DNA of 64,000 bases from Giardia intestinalis (Eukaryota): assembly GCA_000002435.2 (NCBI GenBank), contig CM018793.1; one strand, given 5' to 3'. Position 1 is the first letter of the stretch, and every line of letters starts with the position of its first letter. Shown here in pieces: positions 9,276-19,718 of the stretch. The position numbers were made by a program, and so were the translations under genes. A model generated the notes under the pieces. The model was given only the letters and a program-made list of their open reading frames with translations. It did no database searches and was not told the DNA's origin.

Positions 9276-11054
9276 CTAAAGTGTTTTTACATTACAGTGC
9301 TTTCCAAAGTATCCAACAGAACAAACACAGTTATATCCATTGCACTTTCCATGACCACTGCACACCTCGTTAGTAGCTGAGTTGGTAATACACGACTCGT
9401 TAACGCACTCGCCATCAATGACCTTAGCATCTGAGCGACAAGAGCATTTGTAGCTGCCATCATCTTCTACGCAACGGCCATATCCTCCGCAAACAGACGT
9501 CGTCTGCGCCACATCATCGTAACTCGTCACACATTCTTCGTGGACACACAAGTTATTGACAAATGTTTGGCCAGTAGGACACTGGTACCACTCACAAAGA
9601 GCCCCGCTATATCCTTCGTTACACTTACAGACGCCATCAGTGCAAGTTCCACGATTGCTGCAGATTATAAGTGAAGCAGTCACGCAGCTATTTGGAACAC
9701 AGATCCCCCCTGGAACGGTTTCATAACCGGAATCACAACTGCACATGTAACACACGTCGAACACATCTCTTCCAGAATATGCAATACAGGTACCTTTGCC
9801 AGAGCAGACCGATAGAGCATCAGGGTTGCGTTCATCAATGCACGACCATGGCTGGCAAACCCCATCTATCAGTGTCGCCTCCGACGAGCATTCTTCGCAA
9901 GTAGGACCTGAGTTTGTTGGGTTACAGCTACACACACCGGTGTCAAAGTCGCATGATCCCGCACTGTGACATAGCTGAGGCGGATTCGTCTGACTATTGG
10001 TGACACACGAGGACGGGTAGCAGACAGAATTCCGACCAATGTAGTCAGTGGGACAAATACACCGGGGAGGGTTCATTGAAGCATCATATGTGCCATGAGG
10101 ACACACAATGCCATTCACGATGCAAGAGGCATAGATGCAGGTGTTTTCGTAGAAGACGAAACCGTCATTACATGCGCAAGCCGCTCCATCATTGTTCCAA
10201 ATACAGCGGCCGTGGCCACCACATACACTCTCGTCGGAAATGCAGGCCTCCGGATAGCATGTCTCTTGAGCAGACACGAACCCTGGTTCGCAATCGACGA
10301 CCTTGTACTCGCAAGTGGGCCCATTGTATCCGCTATCGCAAACACAGCGAGTGCCAGCACAGATACCTCTATCAGAGCAGACCTCCGTTATGCCATACAA
10401 GTTATACTCAGTAATGCAGCCATTATAAATGCAAGTGTTATTGTAGAAGGTACCATCATATGGGTAGCACGAGCAAACATAGTGAATGTTCGGGAAGGGC
10501 ATAATCATGCAGCGGCCCAATCCATTGCAGACCAGTGTCTCTCCAGGGACAAATTCCGTCAGGCAAGACTTGTGAACACACGCTCCATCAATAAGAACAG
10601 CCTCAGATGAGCACTCTGTGCACTTTTCGCCCGCGTTCGCAGGATAGCAGCGACAGTATGGCGCGCTCCCATCGGTTGGCTGAATGCACGTCCCGTAGCC
10701 AAAGCAGACGCCTTCCTCAGTGTAGCAAGCTTCTGGAACACAGACCTGGTAGTCGTTAATGTAGCCCTGGTCACAGCTACACTCATAGCTTCCGTGTTCC
10801 GACTCCACACATTTTCCATGGCCATTGCAAACATCATCAGACGCAAGGTAGCAGATCGACGGGTAGCATCCCTGATTTCCAAGACTGTAGCCAGAGTCGC
10901 ACCTACAGACCGAGGCTGTGCAAGTTCCATGATTGTTGCACACTGTGTCTTCAAAAACACAGCTGGATGGATAGCAAGCTCCATCAACTTCAACCTCTCC
11001 GTCTGGGCAATGGATTGCGGTGCAGAGAGCCACTAGCGTCAAGACGAAGATCAT
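9276..11054 (-). CDS. Secreted tenascin-like EGF-repeat protein with about 15 or more EGF-like modules and no transmembrane segment
   Basis: Repeated units of the form CxCxxGYxGxxC occur throughout, for example CRCDSGYSLGNQGC, CSCDQGYINDYQVC and CVCDSGYNGPTCE. The signal peptide is MIFVLTLVALCTAIHC. The start is re-set to the ATG at 11054-11052, preceded by the AT-rich tract aacttaaaaacttg. The longer track ORF begins at a TTG at 11138. Confidence 0.7.
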   Translation of the reverse strand: MIFVLTLVALCTAIHCPDGEVEVDGACYPSSCVFEDTVCNNHGTCTASVCRCDSGYSLGNQGCYPSICYLASDDVCNGHGKCVESEHGSYECSCDQGYINDYQVCVPEACYTEEGVCFGYGTCIQPTDGSAPYCRCYPANAGEKCTECSSEAVLIDGACVHKSCLTEFVPGETLVCNGLGRCMIMPFPNIHYVCSCYPYDGTFYNNTCIYNGCITEYNLYGITEVCSDRGICAGTRCVCDSGYNGPTCEYKVVDCEPGFVSAQETCYPEACISDESVCGGHGRCIWNNDGAACACNDGFVFYENTCIYASCIVNGIVCPHGTYDASMNPPRCICPTDYIGRNSVCYPSSCVTNSQTNPPQLCHSAGSCDFDTGVCSCNPTNSGPTCEECSSEATLIDGVCQPWSCIDERNPDALSVCSGKGTCIAYSGRDVFDVCYMCSCDSGYETVPGGICVPNSCVTASLIICSNRGTCTDGVCKCNEGYSGALCEWYQCPTGQTFVNNLCVHEECVTSYDDVAQTTSVCGGYGRCVEDDGSYKCSCRSDAKVIDGECVNESCITNSATNEVCSGHGKCNGYNCVCSVGYFGKHCNVKTL

Positions 11055-11137
11055 CCAAGTTTTTAAGTTAGTTGAAATTATTTCTCCATTGTGGAAAGTT
11101 TGCAATAACGAAATTGCAAATTTGCTTCCTACAAACA
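11055..11137. promoter_or_regulatory. 83-bp divergent intergenic spacer between the tenascin-like gene and the HECT ligase gene; candidate bidirectional AT-rich initiator region
   Basis: Both flanking ATGs are preceded by A/T-rich tracts, caagtttttaag on one side and aaattgcaaatttgcttcctacaaacaATG on the other. There is no room for a long 5' UTR. Confidence 0.4.
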
Positions 11138-14100
11138 ATGGAAGGAGAATACGACTCTGACGTCACACCATATGACTCGCCGCAACCAGAATCTATAAAA
11201 GACTTCCTCCTCAACTTTAACCCATCACGTTTCAGATTCGCCATGCCTCTACGTCGGCAAGATCTGGATCCACCGCTATTAGTCGCAGAGACATGCAACG
11301 TGGAATTGGCTTGTGGCCGGGAGGCCATCTTATCCATCAGCCGCTTTAAGACCAGACAGCACCGTTTAAGGTATACTTTAGCGCGGTTGCGAGAGCGTAC
11401 CTCATGCCCTTCTGCAGTTTGCAATTGTCCCTGTGATAACAGCATTTTTGTCAGTGCTTCTGATCATGTTTGTGACACCATGGAAGCACCTACCATTGTT
11501 CCCTTATCTCTCACTTCTGATGCACAAATAAACCCCCAGTCGTCTCGGCCATCATCTGCTGGTTCAGCTGAGGCACAGACATTCCTTCACAATTGCCTTA
11601 ATAATTTCGCCGATCCGGCTGCTCTGAAGCAATGCACACAAATGCTACGAGAGAATAATAACTTGCTGCCATCAGAGCTGGTTACGACATCTTTTGTTGG
11701 GAACGTCAGAGATTGCCTTGTAGAACTTGGTGCCATGTTGTCCACTAATTACTCTGTATCAAATGTCTTAACTATAGCCCAGAAACAGTTCCTTACAGAG
11801 CTTCTCCGACGCACGAATAAGTTTTTTCTTAGCAACTCTCGCAGATATGAATCTGCACTAAGCTTCGTCTGTGCACTCTGGCCGCTCTGGGTGTACCTTT
11901 CTCAAGTTTTTGATAAAGCAATCTGCGACGTGGTTTCTACTAACCTTAACACTATAACAAAGTTCTACAGCATCAATGTTTCAAAGCGAGTTGGAGAGTA
12001 TATCCAGGCAATGCAAAAGTTGGATTCTACACAGCAAGGATCGGAAAAAAGCATAGATGACCCTGGAGAGCCAGTCGGTAAGTCTGACGACTCCAAGGCG
12101 GTGGCTAAGCTGTCTGTTGACAATATCATTTCAAGCCTACCATCGCACTCCTTGCTTCGCCGCTTCTGTGATGCAGGATTTAAAAACCCTTTTCTTCAAG
12201 CTGCTAGCTGCAAACTTACTTGCCAGCTGTTCACTATATGTAATGACCTGGTCTCTTTTCATCCGGATTTACGCATGCTCATTCACGGGGGTGTTACTTT
12301 TGAGTCCCTTCAAAGTCTCCCCCTCTCAGTTGAGAGCGTGAAGATCGCTAGATATACCTCCTCCAAGGTTTTCTTGCTGCAGGCGCAGCGTGTGTATCGC
12401 AAGTATGGCGATGAGATAGCTGCTGATGCGGACCTGGATGACCTCACACTTCTTCTTCATGACTACTATTTCCATGTGATACACAGCATGACAGAGGACG
12501 GGGTGGAAGAGCCAAGGGATGCGCCCTGTGACGTGAACCATTCTGGCTATATGCAACACTCTTCACTGAACAATGTATCCAAAAGCGACGAGCCAGAGGA
12601 GACGCTCACAGATATGTTTTACAAGCGTGGAAAAGAGGTAGATAGAGCGGTTCTCAGCGCTATTAACCTCCTTAAAGAACGGGCCAGGGAAGATGCTGTT
12701 TCTCCTACATTTACTGGTGATGATGGGTCTTCGGATGAGGATGACGCTGCTGTTGCAACAGAATTGGCCCGCCTGATGGCCTCTCCACCATCAGACTCTG
12801 ATTCCGATGTAGCTGAATCGACTACTACTGCAACTACTGCCATAGACTCCAGTGAAGAAGAGAGCGGTCATGCTGCTGACCCCACTGATGAATTAGGCGT
12901 CGCGCTTCCTAGTAGCCTGTGCACGGCTGTAAACGTACCTAGCAACGCGACAGTAGCCACAGCAGAGCCTGTCATTGAAGGACCTGTCACTCAACTTGAC
13001 GATACTCCAAATGATCAAGAGCCGACACCTCAGCTGCCTGAGGGCAAACTCAATGAACAGGCTGATGAAGAGTCCAGAAAAGACGTTATGCAAAGTGATG
13101 TTTATGATATCAGACAGATGCGAGCGATCAGCGAGGACTACGTCTCTAATTGGCTGAGTCACAACTTCCTCGAAGACGAAATGGCCATGTCTTTAGAGAC
13201 TCAAATGCGGCATATGTGTATGTTCATTTCCTCTGTTTCCCTCGTTGTCTCAGAAGCCGACTCTGAGGCAATCAACACGGAACCTCAGCAGGGACAATCA
13301 TTCTCGGAACAAGAAGAATATTTGCTTAGCCAAGCAATTGAGAAGCTGGCTACGCGGTTTGTAGAAACTGTATCTCTGGATGGACCTCTCAATAGTGTGA
13401 GCATAGCACTTATTCACGAGTTTCTCTGCATTTTCCTGTACTGCACGAGCCTTGGATTTGTTGGAGAGTTCGAGTGCATCAATTTTGACACCTTTCTGCA
13501 AATACTTCAGCACGTAGACTTGTATTCTGAGACTATCCGTTCTGTGAACAGATATATAAAGTCTATGAGTCTGCTCCAGAACGAGGACATCCGAGAGTCT
13601 CTTGTTTCTTACGATAAGAAGATATTTGACTTTCTTCTCAAGAAGTTCAGTATCGTCGATGATGCGTATTACCTCAACGCAGAAAATCCTGCACTAGTTC
13701 GCGACACTAGATTGACAAACTTGCAGTCTAGGATCCAAAACGTTGATGCCTTGAGTGCGACAGTTCGTGATCTCCAGAGGCTGATCGAGAAGCAGTGCAA
13801 TATGACCACTTGTGAGTTCATTAGTTCTTGCTTGATAGAGCATCAGTGCCTGAATTGCATCATTATGGACCTTATTATCCGATCACAAAAGGACTTCTCA
13901 GCGTTCCTCGTTGCCAATCCTGACCAGCTTCTCCAGCTTTTACATGTCTGCAAGGATAATTTACTGAACGATGTGCCTGCTAAAGAACTGGCAACAGAGA
14001 ACATCGACGTAACTCTCAGAAACAGGCTTTCATACTTCCTGCTAATGCTTTTCATTCTTTCACTGCTGGATACAGATACGATTGTTCACTCCATGCAGCT

Positions 14101-17100
14101 CCTACTGAGTCCTGTAGCTAACCCAGAAGAGACATGTGCAGATGGAACCACGGCTGAAGATAGTACTGCAGGAATGGAAAAGCAACACATAACTTCAGAC
14201 CCTACTCGTGCTATGAGTACGTTTACGATTGACAACGTTGTTACCTTGATCTGTGCATACTTACAATCCATATGTAAGTACTCGCAACAATACTCCACCG
14301 ATCGGAGCATTACATATACACTCAATACAATCAACAAGCCGGCTCGGGGCAGTGGGAAGGCGATCAAAATTCCCTTTGAACTGTTCAGAAACAAGGTTGA
14401 TGGAAGCATATACTTTGTGGAGGGAACAAGCGTGGCAAAGCTTTTGACTGTTATTACGGAGCCCTGCTATGCTGGGCTATTTGAGAAGTCGTATGCTCTC
14501 ATACCAAAATTGAAGGTTCGGTCAGATGCCGGTGGAATCGCTAGGCGTCTACTAACGACTGGGCACCTACCACTGGTGGGCATGCGTACTTTGAATACTG
14601 ATCTCTACGATCGTATCAAGCTAATGACGGGAAGGGAGCGGAGTGAGGATCTGCGTTATGTGGATAAGGCCATTCCACGGATACTTCTTGCATCTCTCTT
14701 TTTGGATCGCGTCGCTAGAGCACGCATACCCATATCTGCGTCCCCATTAGAGTCGCTGTTGATGACCCTTGAATATCTTGTCCACAAAAAGCTAATTACG
14801 CACTTGGCTGACCCACCAGATGGAGACTCCGTTTTGGCACAAAGCCTTTTCTGCTTCCCCGCAGGAATTAAGCCAAAGGTGTCTTCATTTATTGTGTCGT
14901 TGTTCACGCTTTCAAAGCATCCCATCAGCATGACGCTTTCTTATGCCCTATTCCACTGGCTAGAACTGCCAGCTACTGAGCTAGCTTTGTTTTACAATAC
15001 TCTGGAAAAATTGCCCAATTTTGGTTTTATCAATTTGCCCACAGAAAGGATTGCGGCAGCTTTAGCGGCCAAAGATGACCCTGAATCGTTGGATATAGTT
15101 GATCCCCATAGTGCTGAGCAAGCACCTGCCTCTCTTTTAGCGCAGCAGGGATTGCCAGGGACACTTGCTGCCACCCAAGTTCAGGCAGAAGCATCGTCTT
15201 GCAGCCTTGCTTCCTTCGCCTCTACAGACCTTTTGGACCAATCACTTATACATTCCCCTGTTGATAAGCTATTGTCATCCATGGGAACGCAAAGTACGTG
15301 TGCCTTTCAGTATCAATCACAAGCTATACTAGAAGAGTATACCTCCTTGGCGCAACTTTTTTACAGGAGCTTCACGCACGTGATAGTAATATTGCTGTTT
15401 GCGTTAGGGAACTGGAGATGTTATCCTCTCGGCCAGTTCTTGTACCTACCTGCTGAGCGGATATCCCAATTGCAAGGCAAGACCTTTTCTATTCCTGATA
15501 GATTGACCATGCTGAATTCACTATCTATCATCTTAGGGGAGATAGAAGCCATAGTGGCGTTTATACCGTTCATTCAGCAAACACTTCCTGTAGTGACGCT
15601 CCTCAGTGGTTGCCTGGCACACATTGACGAGGCCATCTTCTTAGGCAATGAACCCATCATACGAACGCTACTCCGTATTCTATTACCAGGAGAATTATAC
15701 TTCTCGCTGATGCGACCTCCGTCGGCGCAGACAGGGCAGATGCACTCTCTCACTTCCTCGTTGGCAACCAAGCCCTTGTCGGCAGGCGGGTCCATACTTC
15801 CGGCCCGTCCGCTATCCTCATCGTTAACCACTAAGCCAGGATACTTTATGACTGGATCAATTAATCAATCGCGTGGAGGACTATCTGTATCTCTTAAAAC
15901 CAAGCAGATGGTTCTTGCATGTCTACGGACTACCCTCGCGAACGCAATTCAAATGTGTGCATTATCTACTCTACCCCAGACCTATCCCTTCTATAATATC
16001 TATACAAACGAGCTGCTTCAGCTCTCTCAACTAGAAATATGCTCTATTTACCTAATAGGATGGTTGAGGCTCACTCAAAACTTGACACTATGCTATGATG
16101 GTGCCCTCGTTGCTCAGCTTGTCACAATTCTCTCCTACTTTCCGCAATTGAGGTACGGTATTCAGCGAGACACCCCTGAAGAGCCGTCCGAATTAGAACA
16201 CGCCGCATCTTTTAATGCGTTCGGTTCGGTGACCTCTAACGCGACTCCACTGATGCATACCAATTCCCCGGCTTTGCGCCCCTCATCAAGAGCGTCCACA
16301 GCTTCCAAGGCAACCTTGAGAGGGATATCAGCGGGAGCATCTAGCCTGAACTTTAGGAGTATTCCTGGTCTCTTTTCTCCTAACTTTAATGTGGTCAGCA
16401 CTCCCTTTATTGCGCTGCTTTTTCCTGCCTTTACGTTTGATGGGGCTGTGAGTAACTTCGTCGGCTGGATGATATACCATTTTCTTCTAGGTTACGTTAA
16501 ATCTGGCGGTTTAGAGGGGATGCTGCATCAAATACATATATCAGAGGAGTCTGTACCTTTAGCTGGTGTGTCTGTACACGCTGACTTAGATTCAGGACCA
16601 GAAAAGTATATCGAGTCATTAACCAGCTACTTCTCCACGCAAATGGAGCTTGTTTCAGCATGCAAGAATATATGTTCGCTTGTCTCTGCTCTCACATCTG
16701 TGCTTCAGTACGACATGCTCCACCTTTCTGATTCTTCAATGCAGCTCGGACACAAGCTATCTGCACATGTCCTTCAGGGCATGCTCATGGCTCTGCCCGG
16801 AACTGTGTGCAACACAGGTGAGTCTATGTTTGATGACCCCAACTCTACCAGTCGAATGGCAAAGATACTGATTCCTCTCTCAGCACCTTTGGGAGCATTT
16901 TCAACAGCCGGTTGCTTCGCCATAGATTTACCAAGCACGCAGGTTATCAAAACGGATGCAGAAGAAACAGATACTGCAAAAGAGCAAACAGAGGAAACTA
17001 AAGAAGAGACAGAAAAACAGACACTTGGTACCAAGATGATAGATGTATACGTTCCAGCGCCAAAGGTGGCTGGAAGCTTATCAGAGACGCATTTTTCGTA

Positions 17101-19036
17101 TCTTTCGGCAGAATCCAGGTTGGCAGATGTATGGACAAGCTATCAAGTCTTCTTGACCTCTGAGTACAATGAATACTTCTTCCTACAATCTCACGCCATT
17201 GTAGATCCGGCCTGCCTTTATGGAGATCACCTAGGGATGTTCTTTGCACTATGTTCATACCACATTTGGTTCAGGATGTTGTTAGATCCGTTGTTTCGTA
17301 GAAGCACCCTAATTATGTCTGTCGATGATCAGACCGATCCCTATTACGCCCTCTATAGTGAGGTTCAACACGCCCATAGATGCTATTGCTTGGAAGCAGG
17401 CCATCTCTCTAGTGTGTGGTTTGGGGTTGATTTAATCGCAATCACTCGGATCTTACGGTATCCAAATGCGGAAACAGACGAAGCTGACATTGCCCATCGA
17501 AAGCAACTGTGCTTACTGAAACGTGCATGCATCTATATTGCTGAGCTCAAGGAGGCCCTTCACGTAAAATCACCGACAGAGGGATTGTATAGCCACTTGG
17601 TTGCTCAGCAGCACGCAATGAAGTCAGTGGAGGAGCATACTATTCTAGGCCTTACCCTACCCAGCTCTGGTGTTGATGACCATACTATTGCGCAGATTCT
17701 TATGGAAGACCTGGCTGCTCAATCTAAGCAAGAATATAATTCGATGGTGTTTTTGGGCGCTCTTGGCGATATCTATCTTAACGGGGCAGCACTCTTCATG
17801 CTTTCGTTCGACGACAAGCTGTTTATGTTTAGGCATCTTATGCGTCTAGGGAGTAACTGTTATCTTCCAGAGCAGACAATGAGCGAGACAATGGTCGAGG
17901 CAACGAAATATGTTCCAGCTCAGAGCACAACGCTAGAGATATCTGTGCGACGCGATGCTCCGCTGCAATCTCTCATTGAGTACCTTGATCAAAATGTGGC
18001 AGGGTCTCAAGCGGCTCTCCAGAAGCCGTGGCGGGTCGCTTTCTTAGATGAGAACGCTCTCGATTTGCATGGTCCACGACAGGAATACATGAACCTTGTT
18101 ACAAGCGATCTGATGAATCACTGTCAGGCATTCAGTCGTAAGAATTATCTGCCAAAGACATGCAAAACCAGTGCATCCCCCTTGAAGCGTCAATCAGGGT
18201 ATTTAGAGTATATCATTTTGGCATATCTGATATCTCGATCCATTACTGAATTTCTTTCTCTAAGCTTTGACATTCCCACGACCCTCCTACGAAGGATCTT
18301 AGGGCTATCCTTCAAGGCTCAGGACATCATGCTGTCGTCTCCAGAGATGTACTATGGCAATCTGATTGCTCTACTTAATGTGGATAGATCTAGATTTGAA
18401 GATTGTGTGGGACTCGATATTACTGATGTACCCTTTGATGACGCAATCGACACAGAGCACTCCACAATCAAGTACTCTGGAGACACCATGGACCACGTTA
18501 ATATGATGGTGGCGGAAATTACTAATCGCAGATCTGTGCCGATCAATGTCGTAGCCAAGCTTGTGCAAAGATCCCTTCCATCTGTGGATCTCCGCATATT
18601 CACCCCTGTAGAATTGGGACTTGTGATCTCAGGAATTAATGAGCTATCATCGAGCCAGCTAGTCTCGCTATTTAAATGGATTCACCCTCCTCCTGACGTG
18701 TCCTCTAGCCTTGTTTCACAAGCAACAGAGCTAGCGTTTTCAACTGTACTCAATGAGCTTACCTTTGAAGAGCGCGCTGACTTTCTATGCTTTGTTACAG
18801 GCTCAAGCAGAATCCCACCAATTGGATTTGAACCAGAGCTGAAGGTTCAACGGTTGGCTGCGGACGGTGAGACACCTGACACAAAACCAGAGGACATAGA
18901 TCCGAAGAAGCTACGGCTTCCATCTGCTAGTACCTGCTTCCACAGTCTGAAGCTACCTCCATATTGCAATCCTGCAGATCTGAAGAGGGTACTAAAGATT
19001 TCTGTAAGCGAAGGAAAGACCTTTGAGTTCGCATAA
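11138..19036 (+). CDS. Giant HECT-domain E3 ubiquitin-protein ligase, about 2,632 aa
   Basis: The C-terminal HECT signature includes FLCFVTGSSRIPPIGF, LPSASTCFHSLKLPPY and the terminal ...GKTFEFA. The 7.9-kb ORF is uninterrupted. The first ATG is at 11138; the track start at 11072 is a TTG. Confidence 0.85.
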   Translation: MEGEYDSDVTPYDSPQPESIKDFLLNFNPSRFRFAMPLRRQDLDPPLLVAETCNVELACGREAILSISRFKTRQHRLRYTLARLRERTSCPSAVCNCPCDNSIFVSASDHVCDTMEAPTIVPLSLTSDAQINPQSSRPSSAGSAEAQTFLHNCLNNFADPAALKQCTQMLRENNNLLPSELVTTSFVGNVRDCLVELGAMLSTNYSVSNVLTIAQKQFLTELLRRTNKFFLSNSRRYESALSFVCALWPLWVYLSQVFDKAICDVVSTNLNTITKFYSINVSKRVGEYIQAMQKLDSTQQGSEKSIDDPGEPVGKSDDSKAVAKLSVDNIISSLPSHSLLRRFCDAGFKNPFLQAASCKLTCQLFTICNDLVSFHPDLRMLIHGGVTFESLQSLPLSVESVKIARYTSSKVFLLQAQRVYRKYGDEIAADADLDDLTLLLHDYYFHVIHSMTEDGVEEPRDAPCDVNHSGYMQHSSLNNVSKSDEPEETLTDMFYKRGKEVDRAVLSAINLLKERAREDAVSPTFTGDDGSSDEDDAAVATELARLMASPPSDSDSDVAESTTTATTAIDSSEEESGHAADPTDELGVALPSSLCTAVNVPSNATVATAEPVIEGPVTQLDDTPNDQEPTPQLPEGKLNEQADEESRKDVMQSDVYDIRQMRAISEDYVSNWLSHNFLEDEMAMSLETQMRHMCMFISSVSLVVSEADSEAINTEPQQGQSFSEQEEYLLSQAIEKLATRFVETVSLDGPLNSVSIALIHEFLCIFLYCTSLGFVGEFECINFDTFLQILQHVDLYSETIRSVNRYIKSMSLLQNEDIRESLVSYDKKIFDFLLKKFSIVDDAYYLNAENPALVRDTRLTNLQSRIQNVDALSATVRDLQRLIEKQCNMTTCEFISSCLIEHQCLNCIIMDLIIRSQKDFSAFLVANPDQLLQLLHVCKDNLLNDVPAKELATENIDVTLRNRLSYFLLMLFILSLLDTDTIVHSMQLLLSPVANPEETCADGTTAEDSTAGMEKQHITSDPTRAMSTFTIDNVVTLICAYLQSICKYSQQYSTDRSITYTLNTINKPARGSGKAIKIPFELFRNKVDGSIYFVEGTSVAKLLTVITEPCYAGLFEKSYALIPKLKVRSDAGGIARRLLTTGHLPLVGMRTLNTDLYDRIKLMTGRERSEDLRYVDKAIPRILLASLFLDRVARARIPISASPLESLLMTLEYLVHKKLITHLADPPDGDSVLAQSLFCFPAGIKPKVSSFIVSLFTLSKHPISMTLSYALFHWLELPATELALFYNTLEKLPNFGFINLPTERIAAALAAKDDPESLDIVDPHSAEQAPASLLAQQGLPGTLAATQVQAEASSCSLASFASTDLLDQSLIHSPVDKLLSSMGTQSTCAFQYQSQAILEEYTSLAQLFYRSFTHVIVILLFALGNWRCYPLGQFLYLPAERISQLQGKTFSIPDRLTMLNSLSIILGEIEAIVAFIPFIQQTLPVVTLLSGCLAHIDEAIFLGNEPIIRTLLRILLPGELYFSLMRPPSAQTGQMHSLTSSLATKPLSAGGSILPARPLSSSLTTKPGYFMTGSINQSRGGLSVSLKTKQMVLACLRTTLANAIQMCALSTLPQTYPFYNIYTNELLQLSQLEICSIYLIGWLRLTQNLTLCYDGALVAQLVTILSYFPQLRYGIQRDTPEEPSELEHAASFNAFGSVTSNATPLMHTNSPALRPSSRASTASKATLRGISAGASSLNFRSIPGLFSPNFNVVSTPFIALLFPAFTFDGAVSNFVGWMIYHFLLGYVKSGGLEGMLHQIHISEESVPLAGVSVHADLDSGPEKYIESLTSYFSTQMELVSACKNICSLVSALTSVLQYDMLHLSDSSMQLGHKLSAHVLQGMLMALPGTVCNTGESMFDDPNSTSRMAKILIPLSAPLGAFSTAGCFAIDLPSTQVIKTDAEETDTAKEQTEETKEETEKQTLGTKMIDVYVPAPKVAGSLSETHFSYLSAESRLADVWTSYQVFLTSEYNEYFFLQSHAIVDPACLYGDHLGMFFALCSYHIWFRMLLDPLFRRSTLIMSVDDQTDPYYALYSEVQHAHRCYCLEAGHLSSVWFGVDLIAITRILRYPNAETDEADIAHRKQLCLLKRACIYIAELKEALHVKSPTEGLYSHLVAQQHAMKSVEEHTILGLTLPSSGVDDHTIAQILMEDLAAQSKQEYNSMVFLGALGDIYLNGAALFMLSFDDKLFMFRHLMRLGSNCYLPEQTMSETMVEATKYVPAQSTTLEISVRRDAPLQSLIEYLDQNVAGSQAALQKPWRVAFLDENALDLHGPRQEYMNLVTSDLMNHCQAFSRKNYLPKTCKTSASPLKRQSGYLEYIILAYLISRSITEFLSLSFDIPTTLLRRILGLSFKAQDIMLSSPEMYYGNLIALLNVDRSRFEDCVGLDITDVPFDDAIDTEHSTIKYSGDTMDHVNMMVAEITNRRSVPINVVAKLVQRSLPSVDLRIFTPVELGLVISGINELSSSQLVSLFKWIHPPPDVSSSLVSQATELAFSTVLNELTFEERADFLCFVTGSSRIPPIGFEPELKVQRLAADGETPDTKPEDIDPKKLRLPSASTCFHSLKLPPYCNPADLKRVLKISVSEGKTFEFA

Positions 19037-19142
19037 GTAGTAAAGAGCTGCATTACATTATAGAATGGGCTTGATACACTCTACTACTGAGCTCTAAAGC
19101 GCCTGCAGAGTGAGTCGGCCGTTCACAGTTCACAAAAACTTG

Positions 19143-19697
19143 ATGCCCCTGGGGGACGCCTTCCATTTGCCACAGATCCAGATGAGGCGGGGGTCTGTTA
19201 CTAAGCCACCACCCTCGATCCTCGGGGGTTCAAAGGAAAACAGCCCAGAGGAGCAGCTTCGGACTCGGCTCCCTGCCCTCCGATCAGCCGCGTATCAGCG
19301 GCCTATAGCCCACCAGAAGGACTCTTCCCCTGCTCTTGAAAAGAGCAGTCTGCGGCTGAGTGCAGGCCTCGGTGCATCGGGCCACGGACCCTTCGCACTG
19401 CCGCTATCGCCCTGTCTTTCTGCCGTATGCTCTACTAACGCGGGGTCAACTGGATCATCCTATGTAGCCACTCCTCTCCAACTATCTCAGACAGGCATGT
19501 GCGTAGGAAGCCCTATAGTCGAAGGTTTAGCCGGAATCCCCCCACGCGAAGTAGAGCCTAAGATTGTTTCCATGTTCAAGTACAAGGGCGGGGAGATGAC
19601 TATTATCAACCGCATGATACGAATGTATACGAGCCACAACTTAGGGAGCATCTACGAGCTGCGAAGACTAATACTTGGTGGTGAACGCCTTAGCTGA
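19143..19697 (+). CDS. Hypothetical Ser/Pro-rich protein of about 184 aa
   Basis: This is an open frame in the 680-bp gap between the HECT and Rab genes. The first ATG is at 19143; the track start is a GTG. No recognisable domain was found. Coding potential is judged only from length and composition. Confidence 0.3.
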   Translation: MPLGDAFHLPQIQMRRGSVTKPPPSILGGSKENSPEEQLRTRLPALRSAAYQRPIAHQKDSSPALEKSSLRLSAGLGASGHGPFALPLSPCLSAVCSTNAGSTGSSYVATPLQLSQTGMCVGSPIVEGLAGIPPREVEPKIVSMFKYKGGEMTIINRMIRMYTSHNLGSIYELRRLILGGERLS

Positions 19698-19718
19698 AAA
19701 AACTGTTAGCTATCATTT

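Noticed and set aside
13213-13222. Occurrences of GTATGT and other possible intron-donor-like strings inside long ORFs.
   Set aside because: They lie in frame within continuous coding sequence. No matching branch or acceptor consensus follows, and all large genes read through without interruption.
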